Shown piece by piece: positions 1 through 9,113 of a DNA stretch of 44,252 bases (positions are counted from its first letter, which is position 1; every line of letters starts with the position of its first letter). The notes beneath the pieces are model-generated. The model worked only from the letters and a program-made list of their open reading frames with translations, searched no databases and was not told the DNA's origin. Made by a program: the position numbers and the translations under genes. Source of the DNA: a virus (Duplodnaviria > Caudoviricetes). The stretch covers positions 1 through 44,252 of IMG/VR virus record IMGVR_UViG_3300017747_004582; one strand, written 5' to 3'.

Positions 1-48
1 AAAGAGAGAGGGCGACGCCCTCCCTCGAAAAAGCCAAGGCTACTTGAC

Positions 49-1944
49 ATGAAAACACCGAAGAGACAACTGTCGAGGACGTCGAGAGCGGCGCTCACTT
101 CGGCGGGTAAACGCGGGGGGAAAGCAGCGAAGCGTGCGCGCAACGCCACGAAGAAACTGCAAAAGAACGTAACCCCGAAACAGAAGAACATCGGAGGGCG
201 ACCGAAGAACCGTTTCAACGACCTCAAATCGCGGTCGCCGAAGTTCGTGAGGATGGCGATCGACTACGCGAGGCACGCCGTCGCAGACACGAGAGGCGAG
301 CGCTACAACATCTGGACGCGACTCGCGGCGAAGCGTTTTCTCGGAGATCTCGATCGGGCGAAGGCGAAGAACGCGCCGTTCAGGTTCGACGACGCGCGGG
401 AGGAGTACGTCTGCCGGTGGATCGAGTGCCTGCCCCACGTCGAGGGCACGTGGGACACGCCGACGATCGTGCTGGTGCCGGCGCAGGTGTTCTTCATCGT
501 CAACCTGTTCGGGTTCTGGGCCGACAAGAACATGCGCAGGTTCTCCGTCGCGCTGTTCGCGGTCGCTCGCAAGAACGCGAAGTCGACGCTCGCCGCTGCG
601 ATCATGCTCTACGTGATGTGCGAAGAGGGTGAGCTGGGCGGGCAGATCTACGCCGCCGCGACGACGGGCGACCAGGCCAAGGTCGTGTGGCGCATCGCGA
701 AGGCGATGGTCGAGCGGTGCTTCGACATGCGGCAGAAGTACGGGATCGAGGCGTACTCACTCGAGATCAGACGGTTCGAGAACTCGACGTTCTTCAAGGC
801 GATCAACGCGAAGGCGTCGACGCAGGACGGGCTGAACCCTCAAGCCTTTACGCTCGACGAGCTGCACGCCCACAAGACACACGACCTGATGAACGTGCTG
901 CGCGACGCGGCCGGGGCGAGGCGCAATCCCCTGTTCCTGTACACGACGACGGAGGGATTCGAAGGACCGGGCCCGTGGCCGGAGGTGCGGCTGTTCGCGC
1001 AGCAGATCCTGCAGGGGAGCGTTGACGCAGATCACTTCCTGGCGCTGATCTTCTCCCTCGACGAGGAGGACGACAGGCTCGGGACCAAGCTCGACGACGA
1101 CTTCGACGAGTCGAAATGGCCCAAGGCGAACCCGCTGTGGGACACGAACCCTGTGCTACGATCGACGATCAGGGCGCTCGCTGCCGAGGCGAAGACTATG
1201 CCGGGTAAGCTCGGCGAGTTTCGCATCAAGCGTCTGAACCGGCAGGCGTCCGCCGCGAAGGCGAGCATCGACATCCTGAAGTGGAAGGCATGCGCAGGTC
1301 CGAATCGTCTCGCTCTCGAAGACCTGCAGGGGCTGCGCTGCTGGGGCGCGTTTGACCTGTCGAGCACGACCGACATGGCGGCGTGGTGCCAGCTGTTCTA
1401 CGACGACGGCAGGTGGTACCCGTTCATGCGGTACTTCGTGCCGCGAGAAGCCGCTCGATTCCGCACGGAAAGGCGCAGCGCTCCGTACCAGGGATGGATC
1501 GAGGCAGGTTGGGTGACGGTCACCGAAGGCGATCGCGTCGACTACGCTGTCATCAGGCAGGCCATCCTGACCGATGTCCAGATGTCAAACCCAATAAAAA
1601 TCGCGTATGATCCGTGGAACGCCCAGCAGTTGGTGACAGAGCTGACCAACGAAGGGCTGGAGCTCGAGGTTTTCGTCCAAGGTCCGCGCAGCTATCACCC
1701 CGCGATGCAGGCGCTCGACGTCGCGTACAGCACAGGCGCGCTGGTCCACGGCGGCAACCCGGTGCTTCAGTGGAACGCTGCAAACCTTGTGCCGAGGTAC
1801 GACGTGAACCTGAACATGGCCCCCGACAAGAAGCGATCGGCGGACAAGATCGACGGCATCTGCTCGGTGCTGATGGCGCTCGGGCTCGCGATCTCTGACA
1901 CCGACGACGGCTCGGCCGGATTCTTCGAGGACCCGATAGCATGA
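49..1944 (+). CDS. terL: Terminase large subunit with a basic N-terminal extension
   Basis: Walker A VARKNAKST, Walker B FTLDELHAH, YTTTEG, nuclease DLSSTTD and KIDG motifs. Confidence 0.95.
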   Translation: MKTPKRQLSRTSRAALTSAGKRGGKAAKRARNATKKLQKNVTPKQKNIGGRPKNRFNDLKSRSPKFVRMAIDYARHAVADTRGERYNIWTRLAAKRFLGDLDRAKAKNAPFRFDDAREEYVCRWIECLPHVEGTWDTPTIVLVPAQVFFIVNLFGFWADKNMRRFSVALFAVARKNAKSTLAAAIMLYVMCEEGELGGQIYAAATTGDQAKVVWRIAKAMVERCFDMRQKYGIEAYSLEIRRFENSTFFKAINAKASTQDGLNPQAFTLDELHAHKTHDLMNVLRDAAGARRNPLFLYTTTEGFEGPGPWPEVRLFAQQILQGSVDADHFLALIFSLDEEDDRLGTKLDDDFDESKWPKANPLWDTNPVLRSTIRALAAEAKTMPGKLGEFRIKRLNRQASAAKASIDILKWKACAGPNRLALEDLQGLRCWGAFDLSSTTDMAAWCQLFYDDGRWYPFMRYFVPREAARFRTERRSAPYQGWIEAGWVTVTEGDRVDYAVIRQAILTDVQMSNPIKIAYDPWNAQQLVTELTNEGLELEVFVQGPRSYHPAMQALDVAYSTGALVHGGNPVLQWNAANLVPRYDVNLNMAPDKKRSADKIDGICSVLMALGLAISDTDDGSAGFFEDPIA

Positions 1945-3392
1945 CAGACAAAACGCTCGGCGTGCCGAACCTGGTCAACGCCAGGTCGCAGCAGTTGATG
2001 GTGGTGCAACGTTCGGCGCCTGCGCCGTCGCGGCTGCGCTCGTTTTTCTCACCGATCTTCACGTGGTTTCCGTTCGACACCGGCAAGCGCACGTTCAGGC
2101 TGTGGCCCGGCGGCGGTCAGGCGCAGGGGCCGGTCAACCTGGCGCGCTCTTATGGCGGCGTCAACATCACGCCGGAGCTGTCGCTGTCGATCAGCGCGGT
2201 GTGGGCGTGCGTCTGGCGGTACGCGAACACTGTGATGAGCCTGCCTCTGTGCTTGTACAGGAGCGCCGACGGGCAGAGCGCGCAGCAGGAGAGGACGCAT
2301 CCGCTGTGGCGGATCCTGCACTCGATCCCGAACCAGGACATGTCGAGCGCCAAGTTCTGGCAGGCCATGGTCGCGTCGATGATGACATGGGGCGTGTGCT
2401 ACGCTCGGAAGATCAAGATCAACGGGCGACTCGTCGGGCTACGACCCATGCGGCCGGAGTACATGACAGCCTACCTCGACAACAACGGGCGACTGCGCTA
2501 CCGCTACTGGCCGATGGGTATCACCGGCGGGGACAAGAACGAGGACCTGGCGGCAGATGACGTGTTCGTCGTCATCGATCGATCGATGGACGGATACACG
2601 GGACTCTCCCGGATCCAGTACGCGGCGAACACGCTGGGCCTGTCGATGGCGGGGGACCGCGCGGCGAACCTGTCGTACAAGAACGGACTGCGGGCGAGCG
2701 GCATTCTCACGATCGCGCAGTGGCTCAAGCCGGACCAGCGCGCGGCGTACAAGCGCATCGTCAACGACTTCGTCGGGACCGGGACCGGGCAGGACAGCGA
2801 CAAGCAGTTCGGCGTGATGGTCGCTGAGAACGCGACGAAGTTCGAGCCGCTGTCGCTCAAGCCTATCGACGTCGAGCTTCTGTCGTCTCGCAAGTACTCC
2901 TTCGAGGAGATCTGCAGCTGGTACGACGTGCCCCCGATCCTCGTGCACCACGCGACGGACGGGCAGACGATGTGGGGCAGCGGCGTGGAGCAGATCATCC
3001 TGGGCTGGCTGAAGCTCGGCCTCGGGCCGGTGCTGACGACGATCGAGAAGGAGATCTTCCGCCAGCTGCTCACGCCTGAGGAGCAGGGCCAGGGGTACTA
3101 TGCCGCGTTCAACCTCGACGAATTGCTGCGCGGCGACAGCCAGGCTCGCGCATCGTTCCTGAGCCAGATGACGCAGAACGGCGTCTACACTCGCAACGAA
3201 GCGAGGGCCAAGGAGAACCTGCCGAAGAGCGCTGAGCCGAATGCAGATAAGTTGACAGTCCAGAGCAACATGTCACCGATCGAGAAACTGGGTACAATGC
3301 CCGACAACACCGTCCAGGTCCGGGACGCGCTGCGCAGCTTCCTCGGACTCGACGACGCAGGCAACAGCAGAGGTAACGACGATGAAGCGTAA
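1941..3392 (+). CDS. HK97-family portal protein
   Basis: SAVWACV, GLSRI, LLRGD...R, NEARAKENLP motifs; ATGA overlap with terL. Confidence 0.95.
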   Translation: MTDKTLGVPNLVNARSQQLMVVQRSAPAPSRLRSFFSPIFTWFPFDTGKRTFRLWPGGGQAQGPVNLARSYGGVNITPELSLSISAVWACVWRYANTVMSLPLCLYRSADGQSAQQERTHPLWRILHSIPNQDMSSAKFWQAMVASMMTWGVCYARKIKINGRLVGLRPMRPEYMTAYLDNNGRLRYRYWPMGITGGDKNEDLAADDVFVVIDRSMDGYTGLSRIQYAANTLGLSMAGDRAANLSYKNGLRASGILTIAQWLKPDQRAAYKRIVNDFVGTGTGQDSDKQFGVMVAENATKFEPLSLKPIDVELLSSRKYSFEEICSWYDVPPILVHHATDGQTMWGSGVEQIILGWLKLGLGPVLTTIEKEIFRQLLTPEEQGQGYYAAFNLDELLRGDSQARASFLSQMTQNGVYTRNEARAKENLPKSAEPNADKLTVQSNMSPIEKLGTMPDNTVQVRDALRSFLGLDDAGNSRGNDDEA

Positions 3393-4086
3393 GGTACGCA
3401 ACTTCACGTTCGACGTCAAAGAGGTCGACGAGGAGGGTCACTTCTCAGGCTACGCCAGCGTGTACAACGTCATCGACGCGTACCGCGAAGTCGTAGCGCC
3501 GGGCGCGTTCGCGAACACGCTGCGTAAGTGGCAGTCGCGCAATCGCCTGCCTCCTGCGCTGTGGCAGCATCGCAGCGCGGAGCCTGTCGGCCCGTTCACG
3601 AAGATGGTCGAAGACGAGCGCGGCCTCTACACCGAAGGCCAGCTGCTCGTGAAGGACGTGCAGCGCGCTCGCGAGGCGCGCGCCCTGATGCAGAGCAAGA
3701 CGGTCGACGGCATGTCGATCGGGTTCAACTCGGTCGTTGAAGAGTGGAACAGTGATACGAAGCTGCTCACGCTCAAGGAGATCGACCTGTGGGAGGTCTC
3801 GATCGTGACCTTCCCTGCGAACCAGGAATCGCTGATCACGGAGGTGCGGAGCATGTTCGTCGAGGGCAGCGCTCCGTCCATCAAAGAAATCGAGGAGGTC
3901 CTGCGCGACGCTGGATTCTCCCGATCGCAGGCCAAGGCTCTCGTCGGCCATGGCTACGCGGGGCTCCTGCGAGACGTTGAGGGCCAAAGCAAAGGCGTCG
4001 GGAAACCGGTGCTCGACGAACTGATCGAAGGTATCAAGTCTCTCAACACGAAATCGCCGTTCTCGGCGAAGGAGCTACTGTCATGA
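3382..4086 (+). CDS. HK97-family prohead protease
   Basis: FSGYASVYN, LWQH, GMSIGF, LWEVSIVTFPAN. Confidence 0.95.
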   Translation: MKRKVRNFTFDVKEVDEEGHFSGYASVYNVIDAYREVVAPGAFANTLRKWQSRNRLPPALWQHRSAEPVGPFTKMVEDERGLYTEGQLLVKDVQRAREARALMQSKTVDGMSIGFNSVVEEWNSDTKLLTLKEIDLWEVSIVTFPANQESLITEVRSMFVEGSAPSIKEIEEVLRDAGFSRSQAKALVGHGYAGLLRDVEGQSKGVGKPVLDELIEGIKSLNTKSPFSAKELLS

Positions 4087-5279
4087 ACGAGGAAGAGAAG
4101 AAGGCGCTACTCGCGTCGATCAAAGAGGCCATCGGCGAAAAGACGAAGGAAGCCGATGTCATCCTGAAGCAGGTGCAGACCGACATCTCGAACTTCGGCA
4201 AGGCCCAGGAGGGCACGAAGGAAGCGATGGCGAAGATCACCGAGGAGAACCAGAAGCTGCACGGGCGACTGGCTGACCTCGAGCAGAAGATGGCGGAGGA
4301 TACGAAGCAGTCTTCGCAGAAGCGCCTCGTCAAGACCGCGGGCGAGCTGTTCGTCGAGTCGCAGCAGCTGAAGGACTTCGTGAAGCGCGGCGGCAAGGGT
4401 CACTCCGAGGCGTTCGAGCTCAAGGCCATCACGTCGATCGACGGCAGCGGTGGCGCAGGCATCTGGAGTGATCGCCTTCCAGGCGTCGTCGAGGAGCCGC
4501 TGCGTCCGCTGACGATCCGCAACCTGCTCGATGTCGGCACGACCTCGAGCAACCTGATCGAGTGGATCAAGGAGCTGCTGTTCACCAACAACGCCGACGT
4601 CGTGTCGGAGGGTGCGCAGAAGCCGGAATCGAACATCACCTACGAGCGTGAGGACGTGCCGGTGCGGACCATCGCACACTGGATTCACGCGACTCGTCAG
4701 GTGCTGAGCGACTTCCCGCAGCTGCAGACCCTGATCAACGGGCGCCTCACCTATGGCCTGAAGATCGTCGAGGAGAACCAGATCCTGCTCGGCGACGGCA
4801 CGGGTGAGAACATCCTGGGTCTGATCCCGCAGGCGACGGCGTACAACACGGCCCTGAACCGTGCGAACGACTCGTTCATCGACGTGATTCGTCACGCCAT
4901 TCTGCAGGTTCGCCTGGCGTTCTATCCCGCCGATGGCATCGTGTTGACGCCGACCGACTGGCACAACATCGAACTGACGAAGGACAACGAGAACCGGTAC
5001 CTCATGGCCAATCCGCAGGGGAACATGCCTCCGATGCTGTGGGGTCGTCCGGTCGTCGAGTCCGACGGCATGCCGAACGATCAGTTCCTGGTGGGCGCGT
5101 TCCGGATGGCAGCCACCCTGTTCGACCGCGAGCAGGCGACGATCGCCGTGTCGACCGAAGACCGTGACAACTTCATCAAGAACATGGTCACGATCCTGGT
5201 CGAGGAGCGCATCGCGTTGGCAGTTGCCCGTCCCGCTGCCTTCGTGCACGGCAGCTTCCCGGCTGGCTCGACCACCTGA
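4083..5279 (+). CDS. HK97-fold major capsid protein with N-terminal coiled-coil delta domain
   Basis: VSEGAQKPES, LWGRPVVES, FIKNMVTILVEER...RPAAF; C-terminal extension PAGSTT. Confidence 0.95.
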   Translation: MNEEEKKALLASIKEAIGEKTKEADVILKQVQTDISNFGKAQEGTKEAMAKITEENQKLHGRLADLEQKMAEDTKQSSQKRLVKTAGELFVESQQLKDFVKRGGKGHSEAFELKAITSIDGSGGAGIWSDRLPGVVEEPLRPLTIRNLLDVGTTSSNLIEWIKELLFTNNADVVSEGAQKPESNITYEREDVPVRTIAHWIHATRQVLSDFPQLQTLINGRLTYGLKIVEENQILLGDGTGENILGLIPQATAYNTALNRANDSFIDVIRHAILQVRLAFYPADGIVLTPTDWHNIELTKDNENRYLMANPQGNMPPMLWGRPVVESDGMPNDQFLVGAFRMAATLFDREQATIAVSTEDRDNFIKNMVTILVEERIALAVARPAAFVHGSFPAGSTT

Positions 5280-5297
5280 TCGGGGCTGACTGGGCGA

Positions 5298-5330
5298 AGG
5301 GCGGCGTCGCGAGGCGCCGCCCTCTTTCTC
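5298..5330 (+). terminator. Weak intrinsic terminator/attenuator after the capsid gene
   Basis: Stem AGGGCGGCGTC-GCGA-GGCGCCGCCCT followed by CTTTCTC (imperfect U tract). Confidence 0.65.
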
Positions 5331-5356
5331 TCGAAATCATAACGCAGAAGAGGTGA

Positions 5357-5791
5357 ATGGTCATGCAGGTCAGAGCTCTCAAGACTTTCAACGGCCGCCT
5401 CGGTCTCATCCGGGCGGGCGTCGTCATCACAGTCGATGACAGGTACGGCAAGCAGCTGGTGAACAACAGGCTCGCCGTGGTCCACGAACCGCAGAGCCTC
5501 GAGCCCAACAACGCGGGCGATCCCGGTCCGGACATGAACGCAGACCTGGGCGGGCCGCAGTCGACCAAGGGCGAGGGCGACGAGGGAAACGCGGCGGACG
5601 ACGACAGCGCCGGGTCGTCGGACGAGGCGGACGGCGATCACGAAGAGGCCGAGCAGAAGGCCCCGACACGATCGCGGCGAAGCCGGGCGTCTGGGTCGAC
5701 GGACGATTCGTCGGAGGACCAGCAGGCAGGTGGCCGGGGAGTACGGTCGTCGTCGCTGCGTCAGGGCCGTCCCTCACGAAAGAAGACCTAG
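5357..5791 (+). CDS. Small head-associated protein (compact N-terminal domain plus acidic disordered tail); zero-frame partner of a predicted -1 frameshift
   Basis: RBS AGAGGTG; VRALKTF...G..ITV...L...LA resembles small post-capsid proteins; D/E/G/S-rich tail. Confidence 0.7.
   Translation: MVMQVRALKTFNGRLGLIRAGVVITVDDRYGKQLVNNRLAVVHEPQSLEPNNAGDPGPDMNADLGGPQSTKGEGDEGNAADDDSAGSSDEADGDHEEAEQKAPTRSRRSRASGSTDDSSEDQQAGGRGVRSSSLRQGRPSRKKT
5584..5636 (+). promoter_or_regulatory. Predicted -1 programmed ribosomal frameshift signal (slippery heptamer plus H-type pseudoknot)
   Basis: G GGA AAC at 5584-5590 in the correct frame; 8-nt spacer; stem1 CGACGAC 5599-5605/GTCGTCG 5614-5620; loop CGCCG 5608-5612 can pair with CGGCG 5632-5636. 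Confidence 0.7.
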
Positions 5792-6315
5792 ACTACTGTC
5801 GAGGGCGCGCACGCCTGATCGTCGTCAACGCGACGTTCAAGCTCGCGCCCTGGGCAGACGTGCTCTACGCTGCTGACTACAGGTTCTGGGACGTCTACGG
5901 CCCGAAGATCTTCGGCGTCGTTTCCTCCGAGCTGTGGAGCGTCAGCGAGATGGCGCGTGACAAGTTCGGCACGTACTGGATCAGGTGCGGGACGAACGCT
6001 GGGTTCAGCAAAGAACCCGACACGATCAACGGCGGCGGCAACTCCGGGTTCCAGGCGATCCATCTCGCAGCTACCTTCGGGGCGACTAAGATCGTCCTCC
6101 TCGGGTTCGACATGCAGAGAACCGGTGGCAAGGAGCACTGGCACGGTAAGCACGAAGGGAAGCTTCCTAACGGCGCAGGGTTCGGTCCGTGGATGCGAGC
6201 TCTCGAGATCCTCGCCAGGGATCTACGCCGCGCCGGGGTCGAGGTCGTCAACTGCACGCGCGTGACGGCGATGAGAAGCTTCAGGCGTGCGCCTCTCGAG
6301 GAGACCCTGCCATGA
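5590..6315 (+). CDS. MAF/DUF115 (sialyltransferase-like Rossmann fold) transferase domain, probably expressed as a -1 frameshift fusion
   Basis: WPGSTVVVAASGPSL...IVVN...APWADVLYAAD, NSGFQAIHLA..FGA.KIVLLGFDM, VVNCT; the conserved N-terminal part (from ~5731) lies upstream of the first start codon (GTG 5860). Confidence 0.75.
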   Translation, partial: RGGRRQRRVVGRGGRRSRRGRAEGPDTIAAKPGVWVDGRFVGGPAGRWPGSTVVVAASGPSLTKEDLDYCRGRARLIVVNATFKLAPWADVLYAADYRFWDVYGPKIFGVVSSELWSVSEMARDKFGTYWIRCGTNAGFSKEPDTINGGGNSGFQAIHLAATFGATKIVLLGFDMQRTGGKEHWHGKHEGKLPNGAGFGPWMRALEILARDLRRAGVEVVNCTRVTAMRSFRRAPLEETLP

Positions 6316-6980
6316 CGATGCGATACACGTTGAACCTCGCTCAGCTGCGTGCGTATCGCCGCAAGTGGCCGTGGGACGCGTTCCTTGGCAGCCCGGCGTG
6401 CCTCAAGTGGAGCTTCAGGGATCTTCAGAACCTGGACGCCGCGATGAAACTGACGCCGCATCGACGTTGCGTCGTGCAGGCTGGCGGCAACCTCGGTATC
6501 TTTCCGAAGCGTCTTGCTGAGGAGTTCGCTCGTGTCATCACGTTCGAGCCGGACCGGGCGCTGTATTCGAAGCTGAAGGTCAACGCTTGGGAGAGCAACG
6601 TCGAAGCGATCCGCGCCGCTCTCGGTAACGAGCGCACCCCGGTTTCGATGTCTGGTAGACGACGAGACGCGAGCGGACGGCCGACTCACGAGGGCCTGAC
6701 CCACGTCGCAGGCGGCGGCGCCATTCCGCAGGTCAGGCTTGACGACATGAAGCTCGTTCACTGCGACCTGTTCTATCTCGATATCGAAGGCTACGAGCTC
6801 TATGCCTTGATGGGCGCGGAGCGGACGATCGAACGTTGCAGGCCTGTCATCGGCGTCGAGGTCAACCGCAACATCGAGTTCTACGGTCATACGGCGGAGC
6901 AGCTCCGCTCGTGGATCATCTCAAAAAACTACAAGCTGAGCTTCGCTCTCAACAGCGACGAGGTGTATGTGCCATGCTGA
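6312..6980 (+). CDS. FkbM-family SAM methyltransferase
   Basis: VQAGGNLGIF, TFEPD, LDIEGYE..ALMGAERTIERCRPVI; ATGA overlap at 6312. Confidence 0.85.
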   Translation: MTMRYTLNLAQLRAYRRKWPWDAFLGSPACLKWSFRDLQNLDAAMKLTPHRRCVVQAGGNLGIFPKRLAEEFARVITFEPDRALYSKLKVNAWESNVEAIRAALGNERTPVSMSGRRRDASGRPTHEGLTHVAGGGAIPQVRLDDMKLVHCDLFYLDIEGYELYALMGAERTIERCRPVIGVEVNRNIEFYGHTAEQLRSWIISKNYKLSFALNSDEVYVPC

Positions 6981-7696
6981 AGGTCGAACAATACGACGAG
7001 ATATTCGAGCGGGAGCGACGTCACAGCTACCCGATCATCGATGGCTACGAGCGAATGCACGGATACGCGTTTGATCGGGCGAAGCTCGAGTCGATGGCGA
7101 GGACGCTCGCGTGCCCGCTCAAGGTCAACCCTCCGAACTGGCAGCACGGCCGCGTGATCTACACGACGCTGCGATTCTTCTTGCGTAAGGCGCTGCAGGG
7201 ATTCGTCGGCGGCGAGGTGATCCTGGACATCGGGACGGCGAAGGGCTTCTCGGCGTGCGTCATCAGCCATGCGCTCGAGGATTCAGGCGCCGGCTGCGAG
7301 GTCGTGTCGCTCGACGTCATAGACCCGAATACTCGTGTCTCCCGCAACAGCGCAGCTGAGCTCGATGGATTGAAGACGATCGACGAGTTCGTGTCAGGCC
7401 ACGTTGCGTCGGGCGTCCGGATCACGTTCTTCGGTCGCGGCTCGAATCCCTGGCTGGAGTGGGCGCTGCAGCAAGGTAAGCGAGTGCCGTTCGCTTTCGT
7501 CGACGGGAAGCACACGAAGCAGCAGGTTTACTACGAAGGCATGGCGCTGTCGCAGATGCAGCAGCCGGGCGATGTCATCGTGTTCGACGACTGCCAGATC
7601 GCTCCGGTCGGCGAGGCGGTGCGAGAGCTCCGACCGTACACGAAGCACTACGTTGACATCGGGCCTAGGATCTACTGCGTGGCGGTGCGGTCATGA
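6974..7696 (+). CDS. Class I SAM methyltransferase (Methyltransf_24-like)
   Basis: ILDIGTAKGFSA, FAFVDGKH, PGDVIVFDD. Confidence 0.8.
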   Translation: MLKVEQYDEIFERERRHSYPIIDGYERMHGYAFDRAKLESMARTLACPLKVNPPNWQHGRVIYTTLRFFLRKALQGFVGGEVILDIGTAKGFSACVISHALEDSGAGCEVVSLDVIDPNTRVSRNSAAELDGLKTIDEFVSGHVASGVRITFFGRGSNPWLEWALQQGKRVPFAFVDGKHTKQQVYYEGMALSQMQQPGDVIVFDDCQIAPVGEAVRELRPYTKHYVDIGPRIYCVAVRS

Positions 7697-8358
7697 CCGG
7701 CCTGACGGTCGCCTGCGTGCTGGTCAGGGGGCACGTGGGGTTCACCCCTGACTACGTCACCAAGCTCAAGAGCATGGCTGACAGAGCGCTTCCTGGCCAC
7801 AGGTTCGTGTGCCTGACAGACCAGCCGGGATCGCTGCCCGGCGTGGAGACGATCGAGATAGCGCCTCCCGCCGGCATGTACGCCTGGTGGGCCAAGGTGG
7901 AACTGTTCAACCCGGCCCACGACGCGCTCCAGCAGGGCAGGATCCTGTACATGGACCTCGACGTCCTGATCGTCGACGAGCTGCAGCCGGTCGTCGACTA
8001 CACGCCGGGCTTCGCCATCGTCCCCGATGACGCGCCGAACTTCGTCGGCAAGGGCGACCTGAAGGTTGTGAAGCAGTACAACTCGAGCGTGATGTGCTGG
8101 GAGGGCGGGATGTACAACGACCTCTACGTCGATTGGCGACCGGACGTCGCGCGTCGGCTGTGGGGCGACCAGGACTGGATCGGCGAACGTTTGCCTGGCG
8201 CGTCGAAGATGCCGCTGCAATGGTTCCCGAGGCTGTCGCAGGTCACGACCCGAGGCAAGAGCGACATGCTCAAGTCTGCCAAGGTCGTCCTCTGCAAGAA
8301 ACCGAAGAACGCTGACGCGGCGAGGCAGTGGTCGTGGTTCGCGAAGGCGTGGCGCTGA
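7693..8358 (+). CDS. GT-A fold glycosyltransferase (GT8-like)
   Basis: FVCLTD, WWAKVELF, LYMDLD (DxD), NSSVM, GDQDWI. Confidence 0.85.
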   Translation: MTGLTVACVLVRGHVGFTPDYVTKLKSMADRALPGHRFVCLTDQPGSLPGVETIEIAPPAGMYAWWAKVELFNPAHDALQQGRILYMDLDVLIVDELQPVVDYTPGFAIVPDDAPNFVGKGDLKVVKQYNSSVMCWEGGMYNDLYVDWRPDVARRLWGDQDWIGERLPGASKMPLQWFPRLSQVTTRGKSDMLKSAKVVLCKKPKNADAARQWSWFAKAWR

Positions 8359-9113
8359 TGGGCGCCCCTGGTTTCGACGACGCGCCCTTCGTCGAGTTCA
8401 GGCGCGCGCTCACTCCGCACGACGTCACCTTCATCTACCCGTACTACGAGAACCCGCAGTTCCTCGACAGGCAGTTGGGCGAGTGGTCGTCGTACCCGGA
8501 GCGACTGCGGTCTCGGGTCCGCGTGATCGTCGTCGACGACGGCTCACCTGACAACCCTGCGCTGAACGTCCTGGGCAATGGGAGGGTCCTGCCGCTACGC
8601 ATCGACCTTTACAGGATCGAGGTCGATGTCAGGTGGAACTGGCTGGCCGCCCGGAACATCGGTGCGCACTACGCCCTAGACGGCTGGATGATGCTGACCG
8701 ACATGGACCACGTCGTCGACGCGGAGCTCGCAGCTTCGCTGGTCGATGGCTTCTACGATCCCGGAGTCATCCACCGCTTCAGCCGGCGAGAGCACACGGG
8801 CGTGAAGATCCATCCGCATCCGAACTCGATGTTCATGACGCGTGCGATGTTCTGGAAGGTCGGCGGGTATGACGAGGCGCTGTCGGGTCACTACGGCACC
8901 GACGGCGACTGGCGGCGACGCTGCGTGATGACGGCGCCGGTCAGGACGCTGCGCGGCGAGCTGATCAGGCACGAGTACGTCGGCGACAGCTCGACGACCC
9001 GATACAAACGCAAGCAGCCGCAGGACGCTGCGAAGAAGCTGATCATGGCGAAGCGCGGGAAGGGATGGCGGCCGAAGGTGCTGTCGTTTCCGTACCACAG
9101 GGAGACGCTATGA
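8358..9113 (+). CDS. GT2/GT7-like glycosyltransferase
   Basis: IVVDDGS, ARNIGA, LTDMDH, FWKVGGYDE..GHYGTD. Confidence 0.85.
   Translation: MGAPGFDDAPFVEFRRALTPHDVTFIYPYYENPQFLDRQLGEWSSYPERLRSRVRVIVVDDGSPDNPALNVLGNGRVLPLRIDLYRIEVDVRWNWLAARNIGAHYALDGWMMLTDMDHVVDAELAASLVDGFYDPGVIHRFSRREHTGVKIHPHPNSMFMTRAMFWKVGGYDEALSGHYGTDGDWRRRCVMTAPVRTLRGELIRHEYVGDSSTTRYKRKQPQDAAKKLIMAKRGKGWRPKVLSFPYHRETL

Noticed and set aside
6312-7696. Methyltransferases as DNA methylases
   Set aside because: No DPPY/NPPY or PC motifs; they resemble small-molecule or glycan O-methyltransferases
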